Below, in pieces: positions 28,180-36,853 of a DNA stretch of 64,000 nt. Within the stretch, counting starts at the first letter, position 1. Each line of letters begins with the position of its first letter. The notes beneath the pieces are model-generated. The model saw only the letters and a list, made by a program, of their open reading frames with translations. It did not search any database and had not been told where the DNA came from. Position numbers and translations under genes: made by a program. The DNA comes from Dehalococcoidia bacterium (GTDB taxonomy: Bacteria; Chloroflexota; Dehalococcoidia; GIF9; AB-539-J10): the NCBI GenBank assembly GCA_030602785.1, contig JAUVZB010000002.1, positions 47,550 to 111,549 on the forward strand. The letters run 5' to 3'.

Positions 28180-29939
28180 GACTTACGTTTCCCGGTCACT
28201 CGCGCAGCCCCGGGGGCCGTGGAGAACCAGCCATCATCTACTGCACGCCATGAGAAAAGGGCTCTCATCTTCACATCATATTCGGGCACTGCGACGACGC
28301 CAGCCTGCAGCCGGTCCGTTATCCTGGCCGTCGCCTCGGCCTCACCAGAGGCCGACGTCAGCACAATGGTGTCTCCATCACATATGCCTTCAGCCGCTGC
28401 GTCCACCTGGCTGAGCTCGACGAAAGCTCCGGGGAAAATCTCCGCAGCCCAGTCCATCCAGCGCGTAACGCTGCCGCAGCCGGAATGGCCGCTCGCAGCC
28501 AGGCTGAAGACCATCTTCTCCTGCGCCGGCGCCGCGACAGCCGCGCTCCTGACAGACTCAAGCCGCTCCGGAAAGTTCGCAGCCGAGAAGACAGCAGCCT
28601 CGCTCGAAGACCCCGGACTCCCCGCTTTCGACGCAGAATCGTCTCCACCATCCAGGGAGCGTTCCAGTAGTGAAATCGCGTCGCCCACCGGGAGCGCACC
28701 CCATGACGGGGGCACGACGGCCTGCCAGTTCTCAACGCTGCCATCAAAGGACGTTGCCGAGCCTGCGGATTCGAGCCACGACGCAGCGGCAAGTACGACG
28801 GATGACATGTGCTCCATCTCTCCAGGGAGCATCGAGCACGTCGCGACCAGTTCAAGTCCACCAAGAGCCTTCTTCAACTCCGACGAAGGGTATGCCGCGC
28901 TGATGTCGGCCCCGAAGCTCAACAATGCCCTGCACTTGCCCGACTCGAGGTCGGCCACAAGTTGGGACACAGGCTTCCAAGACTCTTCAATCGCGACCTC
29001 CAGGGCTCCCCGCGAGTTGCCGGCAGACGGCAACGAAACATACTGCTTGTCAGCACCGGCAATGGACGCCAGAAGACTGGCGAGGCTCGACACAAGGGCG
29101 ACATCGGAGATTCCCCGCACCGGCGGCGCAACAAGCACCGCAGCTTTCTCGGCATCCACGAACGAGCGCGCCATTCGCGCCACCGTCTCTCTGGAAACGC
29201 CGGCTGCGTCCAGAAGCCTCGCGTCATCCACAGTGTCAACCCACCCGGCGGACTCGGAGTCCGCCCTGCCAAGAGCCCTGACTGCCTTCAGCATTGCGGC
29301 AAGGACAAGGGCCTCAGTACCGGGGCGGTTCTGCACGTGCTCGCTCGCGAACCATGCGGTGTTGCTCCTTCGGGGAGCCACAACGAACAGACTGTTGCCA
29401 CGCGCCGCGTACTTGGCATCGATGATTCGCTTCGATAGAACAGGATGTGTCGTGAACACATCTCCAAACACAACGATACAGGCGGCTTCCTCGAGGCAGG
29501 ACGCGTCTGCGCTCCCGCCGGCCGCCATCAGAGGCCAGTCCTGAGGCTCACACACACACGACACGGCGTCCGTGCCGACACTGCGTGCCAGCCGTCCGAC
29601 GGCTCGAAGCTCCTCTGTGCTTCGTGTCGAATCAGTCACTATCGCCACGGATTGCGGGCCGGAGGCGCCGAGAATCACTTTCAGTCGAGAGGCCAACTCC
29701 CCGACGGCAACATCCCACGCAGCCTCCCTGAGCCTCCCCTCCCTTCGAACGAGTGGGGCTGCTATGCGCTGCGGATGGTTCAGCAACTCAGTCGCGTAGA
29801 GCCCGCGAGGGCACACACGGCCATCATTGAGGCCCTGGCCGGGGCAGAATTCCGGACCCACGACTGCCTGGCCTTTCACTCTGAGGCCTATCTTGCAACC
29901 CAGAGGGCACAGAAGACAGAGCGACTCTTTTACATCCAT
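28176..29939 (-). CDS. Molybdopterin-oxidoreductase family (FdhF/NuoG-like) subunit, divergent
   Basis: N-terminal CLLCPLGC...VCPRG, HPQRIAAPLVR, C-terminal DAAAEGICDGD dinucleotide-binding-like domain. Only 587 aa. Confidence 0.8.
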   Translation of the reverse strand: MDVKESLCLLCPLGCKIGLRVKGQAVVGPEFCPGQGLNDGRVCPRGLYATELLNHPQRIAAPLVRREGRLREAAWDVAVGELASRLKVILGASGPQSVAIVTDSTRSTEELRAVGRLARSVGTDAVSCVCEPQDWPLMAAGGSADASCLEEAACIVVFGDVFTTHPVLSKRIIDAKYAARGNSLFVVAPRRSNTAWFASEHVQNRPGTEALVLAAMLKAVRALGRADSESAGWVDTVDDARLLDAAGVSRETVARMARSFVDAEKAAVLVAPPVRGISDVALVSSLASLLASIAGADKQYVSLPSAGNSRGALEVAIEESWKPVSQLVADLESGKCRALLSFGADISAAYPSSELKKALGGLELVATCSMLPGEMEHMSSVVLAAASWLESAGSATSFDGSVENWQAVVPPSWGALPVGDAISLLERSLDGGDDSASKAGSPGSSSEAAVFSAANFPERLESVRSAAVAAPAQEKMVFSLAASGHSGCGSVTRWMDWAAEIFPGAFVELSQVDAAAEGICDGDTIVLTSASGEAEATARITDRLQAGVVAVPEYDVKMRALFSWRAVDDGWFSTAPGAARVTGKRKS

Positions 29940-29945
29940 GTTTCT

Positions 29946-30770
29946 CTACGTCCAGGCATCAGGAAAGTCACATATCTGGTCATACGTGAACACCGGGCCG
30001 TCTTTGCAGACGTAGTAGTTGCCTATCCGGCAGTGTCCGCACAGACCCATACCACAACTCATGTTCTTCTCCATCGAGAAGTACATGTGCTCCGGCTTGA
30101 AGCCCATCTTCAGAAGCAGCGGCGCCATGAACCGCAGCATGATCGGAGGACCGCATCCTACCGCGACCGCGTTCGGGATGTCCTTGATGTCCTCAGGTTT
30201 CATGATTGTCGTGACGACGCCTACGTTGTGCCGCCACGATTCAGCAGCAACGTCAACCGTGTAGACAACATCAATCCTTGGATCGGTCTCCCACGAGAGA
30301 CAGAGCTCCTTGTACATTCTCAATTCCGGGTTGCGTGCACCGTAGCGAAGGACGATGCTCGTGTACTGCTCGGCCTCGTGCAGGAGCGCAAGGAGAACTC
30401 CCCGCATAGGGGCCATTCCCACTCCACCACCCACAACGTAGACCTCTCGCCCCTTGAAGTAGTCCATCGGGTACCCGTTGCCGAACGGGCCTCTCACAAG
30501 AGCTGTCTGGCCGGGTTTCGCATTGTGCAGCGCAGTCGTGTTCTTGCCGTGAGGCTGTATCTGCACGCTCACTTCGAACTTCTCAAGGTCAAAGCTGGAT
30601 GATGACACGCCGAACGGGGACTCTCCGACCCCCGGCATGCCAGCCATAACGAATTGCCCGGGTTTGAAGCAGAGCGGCTCCCTCGGTTTCAGGACGAATG
30701 TCTTGATGGCCGAATTCTCATCGAGAAGGTCCAGTATCTCCGCTTCGACGGGCAAGTAGGGGTTAGTCAC
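29946..30770 (-). CDS. AsrB/sulfhydrogenase gamma-like FAD/NAD(P)-binding [2Fe-2S] subunit
   Basis: PGQF, GESPF, RGPFGNG, GGGVGMAP, CGPPIM, MSCGMGLCGHC..VCKDGPVF. GTG start at 30770. Confidence 0.92.
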   Translation of the reverse strand: MTNPYLPVEAEILDLLDENSAIKTFVLKPREPLCFKPGQFVMAGMPGVGESPFGVSSSSFDLEKFEVSVQIQPHGKNTTALHNAKPGQTALVRGPFGNGYPMDYFKGREVYVVGGGVGMAPMRGVLLALLHEAEQYTSIVLRYGARNPELRMYKELCLSWETDPRIDVVYTVDVAAESWRHNVGVVTTIMKPEDIKDIPNAVAVGCGPPIMLRFMAPLLLKMGFKPEHMYFSMEKNMSCGMGLCGHCRIGNYYVCKDGPVFTYDQICDFPDAWT

Positions 30771-31797
30771 TCTGGCTTTCCTCCAGGTCGTGGAGTACCT
30801 GTCGCATGTCGATCCCGGCGAGGCATGCCTCGATGCAACGACCACAGCCGGTACACGCCATCATGTCGAACTTGGACGGGTAGAACTGGAACTTCTTCAC
30901 GTACTTGTTTTTGAACCTGTCATTACCTGTTGCACGTGCGCTGTGTCCACCGCCGACGCGCGTGTAGCCACGCAGGTAACAGAAGTCCCACACCCTGACA
31001 CGCTCGTTCTGGTCGCCCACTTTCTGATCGTAGAGAACAAAGCAATGGCAGGTCGGGCACACGGCGAGACAGGCGGCGTCCTCCCTGCATCTGCCGACGT
31101 ACTTAGTCCAGGCGGGGGACTCGAAATTCGACTCGACGAGTTCAGTGAAGGAGTGGGTGGTCTCGAACTCGCGATTCTGCTCTTCCACCGTCCTGCGTGT
31201 CTGCTCCCTGTTGCGCTCGCGCTCCGCGAGCTGTTGGTCAGTCGCCTCGCTCAGCTCTACGCCGTCAACATCGAGAAGCCTCGCCCCCTTCTCGGTGCCG
31301 ACCTCCACGACGAGACCGCCGGACACGACAGCCACACTGAGATCGAAACCGCTCTGCGGATAGGGCTTCATGTCCAGGAGTGTGCAGAAGCAGGTCGGAG
31401 CAGGAGCGGAGCAGTCGGCGCCTATCACAAATGCCTTCTCGCGCCTCGAAACCCAGAACGGATCCTGGATATCCCCCATGGCAAACGTCTGGTCAAGGCA
31501 TTCAAGGGAACGCAAATCGCAGTTCTTCGCACCGACAAGCACAAACCCCGGTTCATCATCAAGGGGATCGGGTCCGGAAGGGTACTTTGCGACGGTCTCT
31601 TTGAGGTGGAAATAGAAAGTCTTCAGAGGCTCGACAGCGCGGATTCCGTCCAATTCGGGCTTGGCCCCTGTCTCCGGGGCAAACCGCCACCAGTGGCGGT
31701 GCCCGGCTCTGGAGACCGGCATGTAGACCGGCCTGTCCTGAGCCCAGGAACCCATCAATCGCTCGAATTCAGACGACGTGATGAAGAATGTCGACAT
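30763..31797 (-). CDS. AsrA/sulfhydrogenase beta-like Fe-S subunit
   Basis: PLKTFY, KNCDL, DC...TCFC, CREDAACLAVCPTCHCF, RVWDFC, CTGCGRCIEAC. Confidence 0.9.
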   Translation of the reverse strand: MSTFFITSSEFERLMGSWAQDRPVYMPVSRAGHRHWWRFAPETGAKPELDGIRAVEPLKTFYFHLKETVAKYPSGPDPLDDEPGFVLVGAKNCDLRSLECLDQTFAMGDIQDPFWVSRREKAFVIGADCSAPAPTCFCTLLDMKPYPQSGFDLSVAVVSGGLVVEVGTEKGARLLDVDGVELSEATDQQLAERERNREQTRRTVEEQNREFETTHSFTELVESNFESPAWTKYVGRCREDAACLAVCPTCHCFVLYDQKVGDQNERVRVWDFCYLRGYTRVGGGHSARATGNDRFKNKYVKKFQFYPSKFDMMACTGCGRCIEACLAGIDMRQVLHDLEESQSD

Positions 31798-31915
31798 CTG
31801 ATTCAACCCCGGACGGAAACAGCGGGCGTTTAAGCGAAAAAAGAAAACACTTCAGCCGTTGAGGAGCCAACAGCGCCGGGCTGACCGGCCGAAGGAACAG
31901 TACCATGAGTGCCGC

Positions 31916-31945
31916 ATTATACGAGGCGCGCTGAAACAGTGTCAA
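31916..31945 (-). promoter_or_regulatory. Consensus sigma70 promoter of the hydrogenase operon
   Basis: TTGACA-18 bp-TATAAT. Confidence 0.8.
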
Positions 31946-31971
31946 TACATCTGTGGCAGAGAGTCCCGAAT

Positions 31972-32301
31972 TCATTGTGAGCGGAAACTGACTCGCAACT
32001 CGGAATCTTCCCCCGTGAGGAGATCCTCGATCTCCCGCTGCACGGAGGAGTCGACGACAGGCTCAATAGCAGACACGGGCAATCCGTGCTCGTCCTTCTC
32101 TGACTGCCACTCCTTCACATAGCCCAACACGGTGGCGTAGTGGAAGACCCTGTCGCCACAACACACGGTATCAACCACTGCGTCGGTGAGCAGGTAGAGA
32201 ACATCTCGTCCCCGGTGCACAACCGTGCGTTCCCCCCAGTGAGCCTTCACTCCATACCCGCTGTGGTCGTCTGAACCCTCGGGCAGATGTACGTACCGCA
32301 A
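31972..32301 (-). CDS. Conserved hypothetical protein with DxxCCG motif
   Basis: GRDVLY..VDTVCCG..YATVLGYVKEW...PVSAIEPV. AAGGAG RBS, TTG start. Confidence 0.65.
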   Translation of the reverse strand: MRYVHLPEGSDDHSGYGVKAHWGERTVVHRGRDVLYLLTDAVVDTVCCGDRVFHYATVLGYVKEWQSEKDEHGLPVSAIEPVVDSSVQREIEDLLTGEDSELRVSFRSQ

Positions 32302-32391
32302 GGCCGATGTCTCCTTCCGCGGTTCTCCGCGGCGGTTAACTCACACGAAGGAGCCTCCTCAGCCTCCACGGTGGCGCCCTCCGGCAAACGG

Positions 32392-32850
32392 CTACCTGGT
32401 GTGGTAGAGCATGAACATCTGTTGCCTGGTTGCCGCCAACTGGTCAGCCGCGATTCTGACAACCCGCTCCATCACGCGGGCGCAGATGTCCGGGTACGTC
32501 TCGCACAGCTTCCGCATGCGTGACCCATCCAGGACAACCAGCGCGGAATCAGTCACTGCCTTGGCAGTACTCGTGTACCGATAGGGCGGGACCAGAGCCT
32601 CCCATCCGAATACCTCGTTTCGCTTCAGGGACGCCACCTGAAGGCGCGTGTCCGGAATCGCCTCAATCTCCAGATTCACGCGTCCCGAATCCAGGACATA
32701 CAGCTCGGTGCTCTCTGCGTTCTCTGTGAACACGACTGCGTCTGTAGAGAAATGCTGAACCCGGACGACGCTCAGCCTGACCATGTCGAGTTCTTCGTCA
32801 CTGATACCGTGAAATATTCCAACTTCCTTGAGACGATCTACGCTCACCAT
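32392..32850 (-). CDS. Stand-alone cyclic-nucleotide-binding domain protein
   Basis: IFHGIS.EEL, LYVLDSGRV, EVFGWEAL, YTSTAKA. No HTH. AGGAGGT RBS. Confidence 0.88.
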   Translation of the reverse strand: MVSVDRLKEVGIFHGISDEELDMVRLSVVRVQHFSTDAVVFTENAESTELYVLDSGRVNLEIEAIPDTRLQVASLKRNEVFGWEALVPPYRYTSTAKAVTDSALVVLDGSRMRKLCETYPDICARVMERVVRIAADQLAATRQQMFMLYHTR

Positions 32851-32890
32851 CGCAGTTACCTCCTATCGAGTCTGGCCGGGAGCCATTCCT

Positions 32891-33148
32891 CTACCCCTTG
32901 AGCATGCGGAGTCGCACCGGGTCGATGATGATTCCACATTCACACCTACCCGTGCTTGCAATATCGGCCAGCGCCTCCTCGCAAGGGCAGAGAATGCGGG
33001 AGGCCACGCAAGGGCAATGACCAAGCTCGACATACCTTGCAGTGTGGGACTTGAGGCACTCCGAGTCCGCGAGAACAAAGCCATGCCGCCTCGCGAATTC
33101 GCCGAGGTCGCGGGCGACTTCGGTTGGATCCTTCTCTATCTTGCCCAT
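32891..33148 (-). CDS. Ferredoxin:thioredoxin reductase catalytic-subunit-like protein
   Basis: CPC...CPC...CEC pattern (canonical third motif is CHC). Confidence 0.75.
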   Translation of the reverse strand: MGKIEKDPTEVARDLGEFARRHGFVLADSECLKSHTARYVELGHCPCVASRILCPCEEALADIASTGRCECGIIIDPVRLRMLKG

Positions 33149-33483
33149 GACACAGAACGGACTCGTCTCTGGACCAAGTCCTCGCTTCCCCCTCCACCAG
33201 GAAACAGCCGGGAACCCCGATATACTACCAGCGTGACGCGCAAACTGAAAGCATCCGGGCTGCGCGCATGGCACGGCGCAGCGGGACGAACTCTGTGAGT
33301 CAAGCTGGGCGCACGTCAGTGCGAGCTTTCACCACAGCAGCATTATTGGTATAATGGCCTGCTGGCCGGGATTGTGCAGTCCCGTGGCGGAGTCTGGACT
33401 GCACGACGGCAGTAACTGGACCATTGTCTGGAATCCGCAGCGAGACAAGGAGCATCGGGCGAGCAGCCCGGGAGGAGCGAGGA

Positions 33484-33702
33484 GTGCCCACCTATCTAGC
33501 TATAGGCCAAATGCTGGTTGCTGTGGCCCTTATCTCTGTCATCCTTCTGCAAGTGCACGGAGGCGGCCTTGGAGGCATATTCGGGCAGCCCGATTCCGTA
33601 TACCGGACCAGAAGGGGTGTAGAGAAGACGCTCTTCCGCCTGACGATTGCTCTGGCGGTATTCTTTGTCATACTCGCCATGGTGATTGTGTCCGTCTCGT
33701 AG
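33484..33702 (+). CDS. secG: Preprotein translocase subunit SecG
   Basis: VILLQ..GGGLGGIFG...RTRRGVEKTLFRLT. GAGGA RBS, GTG start. Confidence 0.92.
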   Translation: MPTYLAIGQMLVAVALISVILLQVHGGGLGGIFGQPDSVYRTRRGVEKTLFRLTIALAVFFVILAMVIVSVS

Positions 33703-33709
33703 CCAGGTC

Positions 33710-34546
33710 ATGGGGCCACCAATCACGCTGCTTACCGACTTCGGAACCGACGACGCGTACGCAGCAGTGATGAAGGGGGTCATCCTCAGCAGAAACCCGC
33801 GCGCGACCGTCATCGACATCACTCACTCCATCGAGCCTCACAACGTGAGGCATGGCGCGTTCATTCTGGCCACGTCCTACGCCTACTTCCCGGAGAACAC
33901 GATTCACGTAGTGGTCATTGACCCGGGCGTCGGCAGCCAGCGCAGGGGAATCATCCTCAAGGTCCCGGGCGCCCTCTTCGTCGCACCCGACAACGGCGTA
34001 CTCAGCTACATAGTGGACCAGCTCGCGCTCAATGAAGACAGCGCTCCGGATGGTGGCACGGAATCCGCAGTGGTGCGGCTGAAGCGAGGAATCGAGGCGG
34101 TCTCTATCACCGATCCGCGTTTCTGGAGAAATCCGGTCAGCCCTACATTCCATGGAAGGGATATCTTCGCACCCGTCGCGGCCGGCCTCTCGCTCGGCCT
34201 GTCTCCCTACGAATTCGGAGAGAAGACAAACGTGCTCACTATCCAGCCAATCCCGAAGCCACAGACTGACGCATCAGGGGATGTTGTAGGCCACGTGATG
34301 CACGTGGACCATTTCGGGAACCTCGTGACGGATATCAGGGGCTCGAACCTGCCACCCGGCCCTGTGGACGTCTACATCGGCAGCACCCGAATCGACGGCA
34401 TCTCCCACTACTACCAGGAGACCGAAGGGCTGGCAGCACTGCTGGGCAGCAGCGGCTACCTCGAGATCTCACTGCGAGACAGCAGTGCCGCAGAGTATCT
34501 GGAGGCCCTGGTGGGAGACGAGGTTCGCGTGGCAGCAGTTGCCTAG
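33710..34546 (+). CDS. SAM hydroxide adenosyltransferase (DUF62) family protein
   Basis: TLLTDFG, VIDPGVGSQRR, APDNG, SPTFHGRDIFAP, VDHFGN. Confidence 0.92.
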   Translation: MGPPITLLTDFGTDDAYAAVMKGVILSRNPRATVIDITHSIEPHNVRHGAFILATSYAYFPENTIHVVVIDPGVGSQRRGIILKVPGALFVAPDNGVLSYIVDQLALNEDSAPDGGTESAVVRLKRGIEAVSITDPRFWRNPVSPTFHGRDIFAPVAAGLSLGLSPYEFGEKTNVLTIQPIPKPQTDASGDVVGHVMHVDHFGNLVTDIRGSNLPPGPVDVYIGSTRIDGISHYYQETEGLAALLGSSGYLEISLRDSSAAEYLEALVGDEVRVAAVA

Positions 34547-34556
34547 GACCACGGCT

Positions 34557-35381
34557 CTAGAGGCCAAGCCACTCGAAGGCGCCCATCATCCTCAGGCCCA
34601 CGTAGACCATCAGAACGACGAACAGCAGCCTCAGTCGGCGGGCATCAACCACGTGCGCGGTTCGCGCACCTAACTGCGCCATTGGTATGCTCAGGACGAT
34701 GAGGGCGAACCCCACTGCCAGGTTCACGTAGCCCAGGCTGTAAGGAAGCCTGTCCGGCACGCCGAGCCCGTTCGCAATGTAGCCCACAATACCGCCGAGG
34801 GCGGCGAAGATGATTGCGGCGCTCGACGTGGCCACCGCCCGCCGCATGGGGAAATGGAACAGTAGAACCAGCGCCGGCACCATGAGCGCCCCTCCGCCCA
34901 ACCCCGTGAGTCCGCTGACAACCCCCATTACAACACCAAGCACAACCAGATGCACGCGCTTTGGCTGAGGCCAGGACTCGCCCGCGCACGACTCTTCCCG
35001 CAACCCAACACCCATCCTCACGGCTATCACCAGGACCAGCACTCCGAAGCCCATCTTGAGAACACTCCCCGGCAGACTCGCCGCAACCGTCGAGCTTGCC
35101 AGCGCTCCAACAAGTCCGCACGGGCCAAGAACGAGAGACACGTTCCAGACAACGGCGTCGCACTTGTGATGGCGCCAGGTGCTACTTGCGACGGTGGGAA
35201 TGATGACGAAGAGGCTCGTTCCAAAAGCTGTGAGCAGCGCAACGTCTTCAGCGACGCCGGCCCCGGACATGACCCAGTACATCACGGGAACCATGATAAA
35301 GCCGCCCCCCACACCCAGCAGCGCTGCGGTGAAGCCAACCACTGCCCCGGTTACGACAAGGATTGGCAGGAAATCAAACAC
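34557..35381 (-). CDS. TauE/SafE (TSUP) family transporter
   Basis: LLGVGGGFIMVP and GLTGLGGGALMVP repeats, AVATSS. Confidence 0.9.
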   Translation of the reverse strand: MFDFLPILVVTGAVVGFTAALLGVGGGFIMVPVMYWVMSGAGVAEDVALLTAFGTSLFVIIPTVASSTWRHHKCDAVVWNVSLVLGPCGLVGALASSTVAASLPGSVLKMGFGVLVLVIAVRMGVGLREESCAGESWPQPKRVHLVVLGVVMGVVSGLTGLGGGALMVPALVLLFHFPMRRAVATSSAAIIFAALGGIVGYIANGLGVPDRLPYSLGYVNLAVGFALIVLSIPMAQLGARTAHVVDARRLRLLFVVLMVYVGLRMMGAFEWLGL

Positions 35382-35708
35382 GCAGGCCGCCTCCCGGGCA
35401 TTTCGCAACCGAAACGGCGGGAAGATGGGTGCGGGTCGATGCAGTGAACCACGTAGCCACGAGGCGGGGGGCTATCGCAGCATCTCGCTGATATCGAAGC
35501 CAGTCAGCCCGGGGCATGAGTGCCCCCGCAGCCGCTGTCATGTGTCACCTCTGCCCAACTGAGTCGGCTCCAGCGCCGGGCACACACGGTTGCATCGGAA
35601 CAGTATCATCACACTTCTGCTGACCCGCACCCCCGAACACGCTCCAGTGTGGTCAATCATCAGTGTCACAAGAAGGACATGTCCAGGGAACTCCGCATGC
35701 GAACGCCA

Positions 35709-35939
35709 CTAGATACCGCACGATGTGCAGTTACCGGTGCTACACGTTGAACAGCTGCTGCCACCGGCACCCGAGAAAGACAGGTCATCTGAGCCGGAGC
35801 AGAAGAAAGATGAGAACAACCGCGTGGGACCGACAACTCCACAATCAGGACACTTAAGGTCCGAGCCATCCTCTCCGATAGCCTGTCGAACCTCGAATCT
35901 CTTGCCACACCCGTCACACTCGTACTCATAGATCGGCAT
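35709..35939 (-). CDS. FmdB-family zinc ribbon protein
   Basis: MPIYEYECDGCG...CPDCG, C-terminal CSTCSTGNCTSC. GGAGGT RBS. Confidence 0.92.
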   Translation of the reverse strand: MPIYEYECDGCGKRFEVRQAIGEDGSDLKCPDCGVVGPTRLFSSFFCSGSDDLSFSGAGGSSCSTCSTGNCTSCGI

Positions 35940-36202
35940 ACAGTACCTCCAGGGACTCGTGTAGAGCCTCACACTCTACGCTGCTACTGCGCCCGGCTGC
36001 CGGTCAGGCAGACCTGCCCACATAGCCGACGCAAGGCGCGCCCACAGTCCCATTTCTTATACCGCTGAATTGTAGCACTCCCGAAGCCGGATGCCTGCCG
36101 GGACCGCCACGCCGAGTCATCATCGAGACAGAGGCCCACTTCCCCACTACCTGCCTGCCCCAAAGGCTTGATAGGCCGGGGCGACTGTGTTAGACATGTC
36201 AC

Positions 36203-36475
36203 ATGACTCGAATCGAGCTGAGCCCTACTGCCGAGCAGTGTATCGAGACAACCGCACGCCGGCGATTTCATCGTCTCACCGAGTCGATTCTCCGTGGGGA
36301 GAAGACAGACGACGCGACACTGGACGAGATTGAACTCCTGCGGCGATTCCTCGAGACGGCTGACTTCGCGCGGCTGAGAGCAGAGAGCGAGAAGGAACTG
36401 CACAGCGGACGAAGTGTCACATTCCAGGTATTCCGGACTCACGGTAAGGTCACACAGCGGATGCAGGTGACCTAG
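36203..36475 (+). CDS. Hypothetical protein (90 aa)
   Basis: Natural composition (IELLRRFLETADFARLRAESE), fills an otherwise empty gap. Confidence 0.6.
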   Translation: MTRIELSPTAEQCIETTARRRFHRLTESILRGEKTDDATLDEIELLRRFLETADFARLRAESEKELHSGRSVTFQVFRTHGKVTQRMQVT

Positions 36476-36517
36476 GAGCCTGTCGGAATAACCACACTCA
36501 CGGTGAGGCTACACAGC

Positions 36518-36742
36518 GTAGGGCAGGGTTGGTGCGCCACTTCACGAAGGCCGGGAGTGCGCGAAGCGCGAAATGCAGGGGCACGTTGCACGTGCCCGGT
36601 GGACGCGAGGCGGTCCGAATGTAGGGGCAGGCCTCTGCGCCTGCCCGTGGTGGAGGCGATGGCTGCAGGTGGAAGTGTTGGCGCAACCAACCGTCGACGG
36701 TGTACAAACCCGTGGCGGGCGGACACAGAGGTCCGCCCCTAC
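36518..36742. repeat. Cluster of GTAG-type REP palindromes
   Basis: GTAGGGCAGGGTT (36518), GCAGGGGCACGTTGCACGTGCCC (36575), GTAGGGGCAGGCCTCTGCGCCTGCCC (36621) and inverted GGGCGGACACAGAGGTCCGCCCCTAC (36717-36742). Confidence 0.8.
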
Positions 36743-36853
36743 ACTAGGGGACTCGACCGTGAATGATGATAATGAGTGGCGTGTCAACAGCGCGACATGG
36801 CCAAGTTGCTCCCTTCGTACCAATACCAAGGGGGCTGTTTCTCCGACAGGCTC

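Noticed and set aside
28176-29939. Selenocysteine recoding in the Fdh-like subunit
   Set aside because: The ORF is continuous with no in-frame TGA.
29946-31797. Anaerobic sulfite reductase or group 3b sulfhydrogenase
   Set aside because: There is no AsrC siroheme subunit and no group 3b alpha/delta genes nearby. The pair is embedded in the group 4 operon.
33710-34546. Possible fluorinase/chlorinase
   Set aside because: It keeps the Asp-Arg-His set (DPGVG..RR, TFHGRD) typical of DUF62 SAM hydrolases rather than halogenases.
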